This document shows, piece by piece, positions 1 through 9,725 of a stretch of 64,000 nucleotides of DNA (its first letter is position 1; every line of letters begins with the position of its first letter). The position numbers were made by a program, and so were the translations under genes. The notes beneath the pieces were generated by a model. The model did not search any database and had not been told where the DNA came from. It saw nothing but the letters and a program-made list of their open reading frames with translations. The DNA is taken from contig JAEWOE010000006.1 of the NCBI GenBank assembly GCA_023460995.1, positions 231,933 to 295,932 on the forward strand, written 5' to 3'. This DNA is from Bacillota bacterium (GTDB lineage: Bacteria; Bacillota_I; Bacilli_A; RF39; UBA660).

Positions 1-39
1 TAAATATAATCAGCTAATCCGCATTGAAGAAGAGATAGA

Positions 40-66
40 AAGAAACGTTTAATGTTTCTTTTTTTG
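40..66 (+). terminator. Rho-independent terminator of the gene ending upstream of the window
   Basis: Stem AAGAAAC (40-46) / GTTTCTT (54-60), followed by a T-run. Confidence 0.6.
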
Positions 67-131
67 AATAAATAAAATAAAAAAGGGAAAGATATTAAAA
101 AATGCTATAGTTATGGAAAGGTAAGATAAAT

Positions 132-1691
132 ATGTCATTACTTAATAAGAAAAATAAGCAGTTACTCCTAGATAACAAAATTACTAAGTTAAATAATAAT
201 TTAGATGATTATACTTTGACAGAAGATTTAAAAGAGAATATAGAACTTTTTTCAAAATTGTTTGAAAAAGTTTCAACAATGATAACTCGTAATATAAGTA
301 ATGAAACTTATGCCAATCAAAAATATTCTTTAATGTACTGTGAGGGATTAGTAAATTCTGAAATAATTAATGATAATGTTATTAGACCATTAATACTTTC
401 TAAAATAAAAAAAACTAAAACAGAATTTTTAGATGTTATTGAGAAACAAATAATTCAAATAAATAACTTGAAAAAAACTAAAAGTGTAAAAGATATAGTA
501 GAAGCTATTACATATGGTGAAACAGTTTTATTTGTTGATGGTTATAATGAAGTATTTTTGCTTAATACACAAAAATTCAATTTAAGAAGTGTTACTGAAC
601 CAGAGAATGAGAAAATTCTTCTTGGTCCAAGAGAGGGTTTTACCGAATCTATTTTATTTAACATATCTATGCTACATAGGAAAATTAGAACTAATGATTT
701 TAAGGTTGAATATAAAACAATTGGTAAAAGAACTAATACAAAAATAGCATTATGTTACATGGATAGTGTTGTTAAACCAGAGATATTAGAGGAATTAAAA
801 AAAAGACTAGATGCTATAAATATAGATGGAATTCTAGATAGTAATTATATTATAGAGTTAATTAAAGATAACAAGAATTCTCCTTTTAGAACAATAGGTA
901 ATACTGAAAGACCTGATGTTGCTGTTGGAAAAATACTCGAAGGAAGAATTGTTCTATTTGTTGATGGAACTCCTATTGCACTAACTTTACCATATTTATT
1001 TATTGAAAATTTTCAAAGTAGTGAGGATTATTATTTAGGGTTTTTATATGCGTCTTTTTCAAGAATAATAAGAATGCTTGGATTTATAATAACTACAACT
1101 TTTCCTGCTCTATATATAGCCATAGTTGCTTTTCATCATGAAATGATACCTACCTCATTATTCTTAAATATAACAATGGAAAGACAAAGTGTCCCGTTAC
1201 CTGCTGCATTAGAGGCTTATATAATGTTAATAGTATTTGAAATTCTACGAGAAACTGGTGTTAGAATGCCTACTGGAATTGGACAAGCACTTAGTATAGT
1301 TGGAGCAATAGTCGTAGGTCAAGCAGCTGTTGAGGCAAAGTTAGTAGCAGCTCCTATGATTATAGTCGTTGGTATGACCGGAATAACAAGTTTACTTATT
1401 CCTAAAATGAATGCTGCTAATATATATCTAAGGTTTACTATTCTATTTTTTGCTTCAATGTTTGGTTTCTTTGGATTTTTAATAGCTGGTGCATTTTGGC
1501 TTATACATATTTTAAATTTACAATCTTTTGGAGTAAACCAAGTTGATTTCTTAGAAAGAGGATGGACAAAGAAATTTGAAGATGATCTTGTTAGATTCCC
1601 ATGGCAAAGTATGAAGTCAAGACCTTTTGATATAGCTAATCAAAATAACTTAGTTCGAAATAACACAAAAAGTGGTGATAAAAATGCATAA
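132..1691 (+). CDS. Spore germination receptor A subunit (GerA/GerKA family)
   Basis: 519-aa ORF with a soluble N-terminal part and a C-terminal multi-TM region typical of GerA-family proteins. First gene of an A-C-B operon. RBS GAAAGG lies upstream. Confidence 0.85.
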   Translation: MSLLNKKNKQLLLDNKITKLNNNLDDYTLTEDLKENIELFSKLFEKVSTMITRNISNETYANQKYSLMYCEGLVNSEIINDNVIRPLILSKIKKTKTEFLDVIEKQIIQINNLKKTKSVKDIVEAITYGETVLFVDGYNEVFLLNTQKFNLRSVTEPENEKILLGPREGFTESILFNISMLHRKIRTNDFKVEYKTIGKRTNTKIALCYMDSVVKPEILEELKKRLDAINIDGILDSNYIIELIKDNKNSPFRTIGNTERPDVAVGKILEGRIVLFVDGTPIALTLPYLFIENFQSSEDYYLGFLYASFSRIIRMLGFIITTTFPALYIAIVAFHHEMIPTSLFLNITMERQSVPLPAALEAYIMLIVFEILRETGVRMPTGIGQALSIVGAIVVGQAAVEAKLVAAPMIIVVGMTGITSLLIPKMNAANIYLRFTILFFASMFGFFGFLIAGAFWLIHILNLQSFGVNQVDFLERGWTKKFEDDLVRFPWQSMKSRPFDIANQNNLVRNNTKSGDKNA

Positions 1692-2829
1692 GAAATTATT
1701 ATTAATATTGATCGCATTATTTAGTGCATTATTAACAACTGGTTGCTGGAATTATATAGGGCTAAATGAAATGACAGTAGTGGCTGGAGTAGCAATAGAC
1801 AAATCTGGAGACGAGTACCAGTTAAGTTTTGAAATATATGATTTACAGGATACCGCAACAGGTGAACCAATTAAAACAGAAATAGTTCAATCTACGGGTA
1901 AAACAATATTTGATGCGGTAAGAAATGCAAAGAAAAGAGTAGCAAATAAATTGTATTTTGCCGAAACTAGAATAATAATAGTTAGTGAAGAAATAGCAGA
2001 AGATGATGGACTTAACACTGTTATGAATTGGTTTTACAGAGATCCAGAAGTAAGGGAGACTCTAAGAGTAGTAGTGTCTCAGGAAAGAAGTGCTGTAGCT
2101 CTTTTAAAGGTAGACTCTCTCACAAGTAGTAGTGTTTCAGCAGATATAGAAAATATGGTAGAAAAGGATTTGAAAATTACCGGAGCAACGGTATCAATGC
2201 CTATATATAAGGTATATAATATACTTAATTTTGAAGGAGAGTCATTAACTTTATCAGCTATACATCTTACTAATAATAATGGTGAAAAAGTATGTGAAGT
2301 TAATGGTATAGCTCTGTTTAAAGAGGATAAACTAGTTGACTATTTATCAAGTGATGATAGCAAGTACTATTTATTAGCTAAAGGCGAATTAGAAGGCGGA
2401 ATAATAACGATTAAAACTAAAATAAAAAGTGATGATACAGAGCCGCAGAATTTGTCATTGGAGATAAAGAAAACAAGCTCATCAAGAAAATATATATCCT
2501 TTGATCCTAATAATCTAGCATATAAAATATCGACAAAAGTCCAAGTAACTATAGGAGAACTACGTGATCAATCTGATAAATTAAAAGATGAAGACTTGCT
2601 AAAATTACAAAATGAAGCAGGAGATATTATCAAAGATAGAATAAAAAGTGTGATTGAAAAAATTCAAGAAGAATACAAAACAGATGTTATCGGTTATGGA
2701 GATACTTTATATCGAAGTAATCCTAAAGTATGGAAAAAAGTTAAAGAAAATTTTCAGGAAAAGTTTACTAATATAAATACCGAAGTTGAATGTGAAGTAG
2801 AGATATATAATACAGGGTTTACAAAATAG
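1684..2829 (+). CDS. Spore germination receptor C subunit, lipoprotein (Ger(x)C family)
   Basis: Lipobox LLTTGC after a hydrophobic signal. Start moved to ATG 1684, which follows GGTGAT (1674-1679). Overlaps the end of the A-subunit gene by 8 nt. Confidence 0.8.
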   Translation: MHKKLLLILIALFSALLTTGCWNYIGLNEMTVVAGVAIDKSGDEYQLSFEIYDLQDTATGEPIKTEIVQSTGKTIFDAVRNAKKRVANKLYFAETRIIIVSEEIAEDDGLNTVMNWFYRDPEVRETLRVVVSQERSAVALLKVDSLTSSSVSADIENMVEKDLKITGATVSMPIYKVYNILNFEGESLTLSAIHLTNNNGEKVCEVNGIALFKEDKLVDYLSSDDSKYYLLAKGELEGGIITIKTKIKSDDTEPQNLSLEIKKTSSSRKYISFDPNNLAYKISTKVQVTIGELRDQSDKLKDEDLLKLQNEAGDIIKDRIKSVIEKIQEEYKTDVIGYGDTLYRSNPKVWKKVKENFQEKFTNINTEVECEVEIYNTGFTK

Positions 2830-2841
2830 AAGGAGGAAAAT

Positions 2842-3042
2842 ATGCTTTTATTAATAATATTTGGAATATATTCTTCGGTTTTTATTTTTGATTTTTTAAA
2901 GATAAGAAAAAAACAAAACAAAACCCAGAATATTATATATTTATTTTTATTTTTTACAGCGTTAGCCTTTTCTCTTTCTGATGTATTAGGAATACCAATA
3001 CCAAAGTTTTCGGAAGTACTAAGAAGTATAATTGGAAAATAA
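2842..3042 (+). CDS. Small two-TM membrane protein embedded in the ger operon (possible D-type germinant receptor subunit)
   Basis: 66-aa ORF with a strong AGGAGG RBS and two hydrophobic segments. Lies between the C and B subunit genes. Confidence 0.5.
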   Translation: MLLLIIFGIYSSVFIFDFLKIRKKQNKTQNIIYLFLFFTALAFSLSDVLGIPIPKFSEVLRSIIGK

Positions 3043-3065
3043 TGTAGAAGAGGAAGGTGCGTAAA

Positions 3066-4196
3066 ATGGATAAATATATGTTGTCTTCAAGACAAATAAT
3101 GTTTTTAATAGCAGTATTTTTATTTGGGAGTAGTGTTGTTATAGGAGTTAATATAAACTCAACTGTTGCACAAGATTCTTGGATATCGTTATTTCTATCG
3201 CTTTTTTTTATTATTCCTTATATGCTTATGTTTGCGAGAATAGTTAAGCTTTTTCCACAAAAAAATTTGTATCAGATAATTGATATTCTTTTTAATAAAA
3301 AAATAGCTAAAATCATAATAGTTTCATTTATCATATTTGCATTTTACTTAGGCGGAATAGTATTATGTAACTTTGATCAATATGTTGATGTTACAACGTT
3401 ACCAGAAACACCTCTTTTGCCTATATCAGTGTGCTTTATAGTAATTGTAACCTATTTAGCACGAAGTGGATTAAAAACAATTGGTAGGTGGGGAATGATA
3501 ATATTAGTAGCTCTAACAGTAGTAGTCTCTTTCACTTTATTCTTTTCAGTACCACATTTGGATATTAAATATATATTTCCTATAATGGAACATCCAGTAG
3601 GTGAAATAACTTATACTGCATATAGTATATTTATGTTGCCCTTTGCAGAATTAATCGTTTTATTAGGATTAGCTGATCAGTTTAATATTACAAAAAAAGA
3701 AAGAAGAACTTTTGTAATAGGAGTAATTATTGATTGGTTTCTAATATTGTCTGTTTTAATTAGAAATATACTTATACTTGGTGCCCCACTATTAAAAAAC
3801 ACATTTTTCTCTTCTTATGAAGCTGTTAGAATAATTGAAGTTGGAACCTTTTTAACAAGAATGGAAGGAGTAGTAACAATGAATTTTATCTTGGGAGGAA
3901 TTACTAAACTAGCTATATTTGTAATTTCATTGTCAAAAGGAATTGGTCATCTTTCAAAAAATAATGATTATAGAAAATTAGTTTTTCCTGTAGGTTTAGT
4001 TATATTAGGTACATCTCCTTTACTATTTAAGAACGTTGTGGATATGTTTGATTTTGCTCCAATATTTGGGTTGTATGCTATTCCTTTTCAAATAATATTG
4101 CCTATTTTAATTTGGCTAACTGCAGAATATAAAAACAAAAAAGGTTTATTAAATATTAAAAAAATTAATGATATTGAAAGCTTGCAAGTAACGTAA
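3066..4196 (+). CDS. Spore germination receptor B subunit (GerAB-type, APC-superfamily permease-like)
   Basis: About 10 predicted TM segments. Last gene of the ger operon. ATG 3066 lies 8 nt after AGGAAGG. Confidence 0.8.
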   Translation: MDKYMLSSRQIMFLIAVFLFGSSVVIGVNINSTVAQDSWISLFLSLFFIIPYMLMFARIVKLFPQKNLYQIIDILFNKKIAKIIIVSFIIFAFYLGGIVLCNFDQYVDVTTLPETPLLPISVCFIVIVTYLARSGLKTIGRWGMIILVALTVVVSFTLFFSVPHLDIKYIFPIMEHPVGEITYTAYSIFMLPFAELIVLLGLADQFNITKKERRTFVIGVIIDWFLILSVLIRNILILGAPLLKNTFFSSYEAVRIIEVGTFLTRMEGVVTMNFILGGITKLAIFVISLSKGIGHLSKNNDYRKLVFPVGLVILGTSPLLFKNVVDMFDFAPIFGLYAIPFQIILPILIWLTAEYKNKKGLLNIKKINDIESLQVT

Positions 4197-4219
4197 TTGC
4201 GAGCTTTTTTTGCAAAGAA

Positions 4220-4246
4220 AAACAACATATTATTACTATGTTGTTT
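4220..4246. terminator. Bidirectional intrinsic terminator between the convergent ger operon and the giant pilin-like gene
   Basis: AAACAACATA (4220-4229) / TATGTTGTTT (4237-4246), with A/T runs on both sides. Confidence 0.6.
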
Positions 4247-4250
4247 CAAA

Positions 4251-7200
4251 CTAATTTCCTAAATATGTAAATATAGCTAAACCATTACCACCATGTCCAG
4301 TTTCTGTACCTGTTGCTAAACTTGGCATAACAGCGTTTCCAGCTATCATAGATGTGTTATTAAATGTAGTTCCTGAATAATGGTTGGAATTACTTAATAC
4401 TATTAAATTTGATGATGTAGATATTGCATCTATTCCAAAGCACCCTTCATATCCTGAGATATATGATGAACCACCAGCTCCAGATGATACTCCTGAACTG
4501 ATGACACCGCCACCACCGCCACCGTAGTATCCACCACCGCCACCACCGCCGTGATTAATTTGAGAAGTTCCTCCATCTCCAAATTTACCATACAGTCCAA
4601 GGCCTGATGAACCACCAGGTTTTCCACCGGAAATTTGTGTTCCTCCTGTTGCAAGAGGGTGAGAAACTGCTCCGGTGTTTAATAGACCAGGTCCACCTAT
4701 AAGAGCTCCACCATATCCACCTGTTCTTGCATTAGTCCAGTTAGATGATCCAGCACCACCTCCTGCAACCATAATACGAGTTTTAATACTATCAAAATCC
4801 ATAGTACCATCAAGTGTATATGTTCTTCCAACTGAAAGTTCTGGATATGCACCATCTTTTACTGAGTTAAACATTTCAAGATTATTAGTTTTATCATTAT
4901 TAAGCAGTTGAAGTTTTGTTATATAAACTCTATTATCTGTATAATAATGCCATACTTTTACATCACCAATCTCATATTCAGCACCCAAATCTATTTCAAC
5001 ATATGTTTCAATACCATTACATGCACTTGAATATATGTATGCTGATGATGTAGTAACACCATCTGTTAAAGCGGCAAAACTAGTCATGCCTGCACAATTA
5101 CTAGTAACTTCTTTATTTGCTGATATTAAATTACCTTTAGTATCAAATACTTGAAGTTCAACCCAGTGGTTACCATTATTAACACTACTACCTGTTAGAT
5201 AATCTCTAACATATCTATATTTTTTAGTTTCAGGAGCTAGTCTAACATCGGTTGCTCCACCACCAGAAGAACCACCTTGATATGATGTGCCACCAGCTGA
5301 CCCTCCATTAAAACTTGTTAGACGGTAGTTAGTCGCGCCATCTTTTCCAGCACCACCAACATAAACATATAAACTTTGTCCAGCTATTAAATATGTAGTT
5401 CCTGAAGTATATGCACCAAGTCCACCGCCAACAAGACCACCAGAATTATTTGTTAAATATCTACTAAACCCACCTTGTGCACCCCATAGTTCTATTTTGT
5501 AGTTACCACTAACAGGGGCAGAGAATTTTTGATAATCACCACTATATCCAAATACATAGTTGTAATAATTGTTGTTATATAGTTGACCAACATTAATTGT
5601 TCCTTGACCTCCCGGTGCACCATATGTTTGTGTGATACCTCCACTAGCTACAATATTTCCATATGAACTAATCGTATTAGCAAATACATTAATGCTACCA
5701 CCACCAGAAGAACCACCAGATGCACCAGTACCATAACCACCTTGAGAACCATTAGAAGAAATAGTTCCATTGTTTTCAAATGTTCCGGTATATATCATAA
5801 GTAGTCCACCAGTCCCAGTACCACCTGGACTATGTGTACAGCATGATGAACCAACACCTGCGCCACCAGGATTACCTGCACCACCACCTGCTGCATATCC
5901 ACCAGTGTTTGAATATGTATTTGATTTACCTGCGCCACCAGCACCACCAGTGTTTGACCCAGCATTACCATAGTATGTTACTCCTCGTGAAGTTGTAGCT
6001 CCACCACCAGCACCTCCAGAATAAGATGTCCCAGCACCACCAGGACCAGATCCTGAGTAACCAGAAACATTATTGAATACTCCACCTGAACCTCCGCCAC
6101 CAGTAGAACGGTTGCTTCCATCGACACCTGATTTACCAGCAATTGATATGGAATCGGCGTTTGATAAAGCTACAGCAGTTCCACCACCACTTCCAACTGC
6201 TGGAATATATTCATATGTATTATCTGAATTTTTATACAATAGAACATTTTGCCCTGCAGCAGAAGCACCGCGCGCTGTCATAGATATATTTCCATTGTTT
6301 ATAAGCTTTTTTTCTACATAAACAAGAAAACCTTTTTTTCTAACTTGAGGTGTAAGTGTAACACTTGCATCAACAGTTAAATTTCCATTATATTTATAAA
6401 TACACATTTTTGTATCTACTACATTATCACATAGTGTTGGAGTAGTAGTATAATTTGTATCTTCTTTTATTACATAAATTTCTGCTAAAATTTCTTCATC
6501 ATTAGCTAAGTGTAGTGTATATGTTCCGCTACTAACAAGATAATAACTACTAACAGCATCATATAAAGTATCTTTATATATAGTATCTCCGTCAACATAT
6601 ATTTGACCTACAATAATTTCTAATTTCTTTGTAATACTACCAGTTTTTACAGTAATATTAGTTGTTCCATTTCCAACACCAGTTACTAACCCTTTATCAT
6701 CAACTTTTGCAATACTTTCATCATCACTTATATATATTAAATTTTTATTAGTTGCATTACTAGGAGTTATTGTTGGATTCATTTGTAATGTTGCATCTTT
6801 AACTATATTGTATGTGGTTTGATCAAATGAAACATCACTAACTAATATTTCATTTGTTTCACCTTCAACATACATTTTTTGACCATTATATATAATTCTA
6901 TATCCACCAAAATTACATACAGCTTCTTCAATTTTATTATCATCAATATTAAAATAGCCATCAGTTGGATAACTGCCACTAATTTTAATAATATTATTTA
7001 GATATACATCAGTATTATCATTTATTGTTTCTTCTGCGTATACTTTAGGTATTAAAAGATCACTCAATCCTAAATTTGGTATTTGATAATCTACATAATT
7101 ACTATTTGGTGAAACGTAATATCTATATCCATCATCAATTTCACATTCATCCTTATTCATCTGACATATTACTAAATATGTATCAACTGCTTTAATATAC

Positions 7201-7340
7201 GCATTAAAACTAGTTTTTGCTGCTTCCTTTCGTGCTTCACCCGCGATTTTTGTAATTACCATAGTAGATATAAAAGTAATAATTATAAGTACTATTATTA
7301 CTGCTAATAGTTCAATTAAAGAAAATCCCTTTTTATTCAT
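4251..7340 (-). CDS. Giant (1029 aa) protein with a prepilin-type N-terminal cleavage/methylation signal, a Big_2-like Ig domain, glycine-rich modules and a discoidin (F5/8 type C)-like insert
   Basis: N-terminus MNKKGFSLIELLAVIIVLIII (G-1, F+1, E+5). Big_2-like NATNKNLIYISDDESIAKVDDKGLVTGVGNGTTNITV. Long GGxGG tracts. YKIELWGAQGG motif. HWVELQVFD...YVEIDLGAEYEIGDVKVWHYY. Confidence 0.85.
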   Translation of the reverse strand: MNKKGFSLIELLAVIIVLIIITFISTMVITKIAGEARKEAAKTSFNAYIKAVDTYLVICQMNKDECEIDDGYRYYVSPNSNYVDYQIPNLGLSDLLIPKVYAEETINDNTDVYLNNIIKISGSYPTDGYFNIDDNKIEEAVCNFGGYRIIYNGQKMYVEGETNEILVSDVSFDQTTYNIVKDATLQMNPTITPSNATNKNLIYISDDESIAKVDDKGLVTGVGNGTTNITVKTGSITKKLEIIVGQIYVDGDTIYKDTLYDAVSSYYLVSSGTYTLHLANDEEILAEIYVIKEDTNYTTTPTLCDNVVDTKMCIYKYNGNLTVDASVTLTPQVRKKGFLVYVEKKLINNGNISMTARGASAAGQNVLLYKNSDNTYEYIPAVGSGGGTAVALSNADSISIAGKSGVDGSNRSTGGGGSGGVFNNVSGYSGSGPGGAGTSYSGGAGGGATTSRGVTYYGNAGSNTGGAGGAGKSNTYSNTGGYAAGGGAGNPGGAGVGSSCCTHSPGGTGTGGLLMIYTGTFENNGTISSNGSQGGYGTGASGGSSGGGSINVFANTISSYGNIVASGGITQTYGAPGGQGTINVGQLYNNNYYNYVFGYSGDYQKFSAPVSGNYKIELWGAQGGFSRYLTNNSGGLVGGGLGAYTSGTTYLIAGQSLYVYVGGAGKDGATNYRLTSFNGGSAGGTSYQGGSSGGGATDVRLAPETKKYRYVRDYLTGSSVNNGNHWVELQVFDTKGNLISANKEVTSNCAGMTSFAALTDGVTTSSAYIYSSACNGIETYVEIDLGAEYEIGDVKVWHYYTDNRVYITKLQLLNNDKTNNLEMFNSVKDGAYPELSVGRTYTLDGTMDFDSIKTRIMVAGGGAGSSNWTNARTGGYGGALIGGPGLLNTGAVSHPLATGGTQISGGKPGGSSGLGLYGKFGDGGTSQINHGGGGGGGYYGGGGGGVISSGVSSGAGGSSYISGYEGCFGIDAISTSSNLIVLSNSNHYSGTTFNNTSMIAGNAVMPSLATGTETGHGGNGLAIFTYLGN

Positions 7341-7444
7341 TATAATTCCTGCTTTCTATTTTAATTCATTAAAATAACAAAACCAATTATGTAGTGTATT
7401 TAGCCTATACAATAGATATTAGTAAGACACATTAATACTAATTG

Positions 7445-7479
7445 GGTTAAAAAATAAGAAGTTAAAATATGACTTCTTA
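7445..7479 (-). terminator. Orphan minus-strand intrinsic terminator-like hairpin upstream of the giant pilin-like gene
   Basis: TAAGAAGT (7455-7462) / ACTTCTTA (7472-7479). On the minus strand it is followed by TTTTTT (7445-7454 region). Confidence 0.35.
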
Positions 7480-7717
7480 CTTCAATATATTATTTTTAGG
7501 GTTATACATAATCTATTATTATTTAAGTATAAATACTTAAATAAAACAAATACAATAGTAATCATAATTTAATTAATTTATTATATCTATTGTTAATTAA
7601 TTATAACATTTACAAACAAAAATTAAAAGTTAAACTTATTTGAATTACTATATATACAAATAAAAGTTATTACAATTTACTTTAAACTAAAAACTTTTTC
7701 TTTTTATCAAAAAGATA

Positions 7718-7746
7718 TTGACAAATACACTTGTTATTAATATAAT
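7718..7746 (+). promoter_or_regulatory. Consensus sigma-A promoter of nadE
   Basis: TTGACA 7718-7723, 17-nt spacer, TATAAT 7741-7746. Confidence 0.75.
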
Positions 7747-7760
7747 GTTAATAACAAGTG
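7728..7760. promoter_or_regulatory. Perfect 13-bp inverted repeat (candidate operator) bracketing the nadE -10 box
   Basis: CACTTGTTATTAA (7728-7740) / TTAATAACAAGTG (7748-7760). The 7-nt centre is TATAATG. Confidence 0.5.
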
Positions 7761-7787
7761 ATAACTGTATTATAAGGAGATGAATTT

Positions 7788-9725
7788 ATGTATAAAAAAT
7801 ATGGATATGTAAGAATAGGTGCTTTAATTCCTAAGTTGAAAGTTGCTGATACTGAGTTTAATACTAAGCAAATGATAATGGAAATAAAAAAAGCTGAGGA
7901 GTTGGGTATTTCTATTTTGACTACACCAGAACTTTCTTTAACCGGATATACTTGTGCAGATTTATTTGGTCAAGATACTTTAATAGAAGAAAGTTATAAT
8001 GCTTTAGAAGAAATATTAGAAGGAACTAAAGACTTTGAAATAATATCAATAATAGGATGTCCTATTAGAAATGAGAATCAATTATTTAACTGCGCAGTTG
8101 TATTACAAAAAGGAAATATACTAGGTATAGTACCAAAGACATATATACCAAATTATAGCGAATTCTATGAAAAGCGCTGGTTTGCTTCAAGTATAAATAC
8201 ATATAATAATGAAATAGAAATAAACAATAGAGTTGTTCCATTTGGAACAAATATCATCTTTAATGATATAAATTCAAAAGAAATAAGTTTTGGTATAGAA
8301 ATTTGTGAAGATTTATGGTGTAGTTTTCCGCCAAGTACTAATCATACCTTGAAGGGAGCATCAATTATTTTTAATCTTTCCGCAAGTAATGAAATAATAG
8401 GAAAGTATAGTTACCGTAAGGATTTAGTTAAAAATCAATCAGCAAAAACATTATGTGCTTATGTATATGCTTCAAGTGGTGTAAATGAATCAACAACTGA
8501 TGTTGTCTTTGGCGGTCATGCAATGATTGCTGAGTGTGGTGTAATCTTAGAAGAAAATAAAAGATTTAACTTTGAAAGTGAATTAATATATACAGATATA
8601 GATATAAAAAGAGTTATGAATAATCGTTATAAAAATATTAGTTATATGGGAATTAATAGTAATTTAAATTATAGATATATAAGTATTGATGTTAAAGATA
8701 AAATAACAACACTACATAGAAAATATGATAAATATCCATTTGTACCAAGTGATGAAAAAACAAAGGATGAAAGATGTGAAGAAATATTTAATATCCAGTC
8801 AGCAGGTTTGGCAAAAAGATTACTACATACGGGCATTAAAAAAACAGTTATTGGTATAAGCGGTGGACTGGATTCTACTTTAGCCTTTCTCGTTATATTA
8901 GAGGCATATAAGAAAATAGGAATAGATGTCTCAAATCTTATTGCTATAACTTTACCTGGATTTGGAACAACAGGAAGAACTTATAATAATGCTTGCAATC
9001 TGGTAAGAGAAAGTGGAGCAACATTAAGAGAGATAGATATTAAAAAAGCCTGCCTAGTTCATATGAATGATATTGGTTTAGAAGAAAATGATAGAAGTGT
9101 TACATATGAAAATAGTCAAGCCAGAGAAAGAACACAAATTTTAATGGATGTAGCAAATAAAGAAAATGCTTTGGTAATAGGAACAGGAGATTTATCAGAA
9201 CTAGCTCTTGGTTGGTGTACATATAATGGTGATCATATGAGTATGTATGCTGTTAATACTAGCATTCCTAAAACTTTAGTAAGGTACTTAGTAAAATGGA
9301 TTGCTGATAGAAATCCTAAAATGAAAAAAACCATTTATGATATATTAGATACACCAGTAAGTCCAGAATTATTACCTCCAGATGAAAAAGGAAATATTGT
9401 TCAAAAAACAGAAGATAATATAGGACCATATATGTTACATGATTTCTTTTTATATCATTTTCTTAGATATGGTGCATCACCAGATAAGATTTATATAATT
9501 GCGAAGGAAACATTTAAAGCAGATTTTTCTAACATAGAGATAATGAAATGGCTTAAAGTTTTTATTAGAAAATTTTTTAGTCAACAATTTAAAAGAAGTT
9601 GTCTTCCAGATGGACCTAAAGTTGGTACAATAAGTTTAAGTCCAAGGGGAGATTTAAGAATGCCAAGTGATGCTGAAGTTAATATTTGGTTAAAAAGATT
9701 AGACGAAGTAGAAAAAGATATTTAA
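7788..9725 (+). CDS. nadE: Glutamine-dependent NAD+ synthetase (CN-hydrolase glutaminase domain + NAD synthase domain)
   Basis: 645 aa. N-terminal nitrilase-like domain (EICEDLW). C-terminal SGGLDS PP-loop and the ELALGWCTYNGDHMS motif. Confidence 0.9.
   Translation: MYKKYGYVRIGALIPKLKVADTEFNTKQMIMEIKKAEELGISILTTPELSLTGYTCADLFGQDTLIEESYNALEEILEGTKDFEIISIIGCPIRNENQLFNCAVVLQKGNILGIVPKTYIPNYSEFYEKRWFASSINTYNNEIEINNRVVPFGTNIIFNDINSKEISFGIEICEDLWCSFPPSTNHTLKGASIIFNLSASNEIIGKYSYRKDLVKNQSAKTLCAYVYASSGVNESTTDVVFGGHAMIAECGVILEENKRFNFESELIYTDIDIKRVMNNRYKNISYMGINSNLNYRYISIDVKDKITTLHRKYDKYPFVPSDEKTKDERCEEIFNIQSAGLAKRLLHTGIKKTVIGISGGLDSTLAFLVILEAYKKIGIDVSNLIAITLPGFGTTGRTYNNACNLVRESGATLREIDIKKACLVHMNDIGLEENDRSVTYENSQARERTQILMDVANKENALVIGTGDLSELALGWCTYNGDHMSMYAVNTSIPKTLVRYLVKWIADRNPKMKKTIYDILDTPVSPELLPPDEKGNIVQKTEDNIGPYMLHDFFLYHFLRYGASPDKIYIIAKETFKADFSNIEIMKWLKVFIRKFFSQQFKRSCLPDGPKVGTISLSPRGDLRMPSDAEVNIWLKRLDEVEKDI

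Noticed and set aside
4430-6321. ORFs 4430-4654 (-), 4675-4911 (+), 5770-5973 (+) and 6073-6321 (+), several of them Pro-rich
   Set aside because: These are shadow frames of the GGx-repeat coding sequence of the giant pilin-like gene. GGN codons on one strand read as NCC (Pro/Ala/Thr) on the other. None has an RBS.
7480-7717. c-di-GMP or other riboswitch in the long leader of the pilin-like gene
   Set aside because: The region is almost devoid of G/C. No conserved riboswitch cores or stable multi-stem structures are visible.
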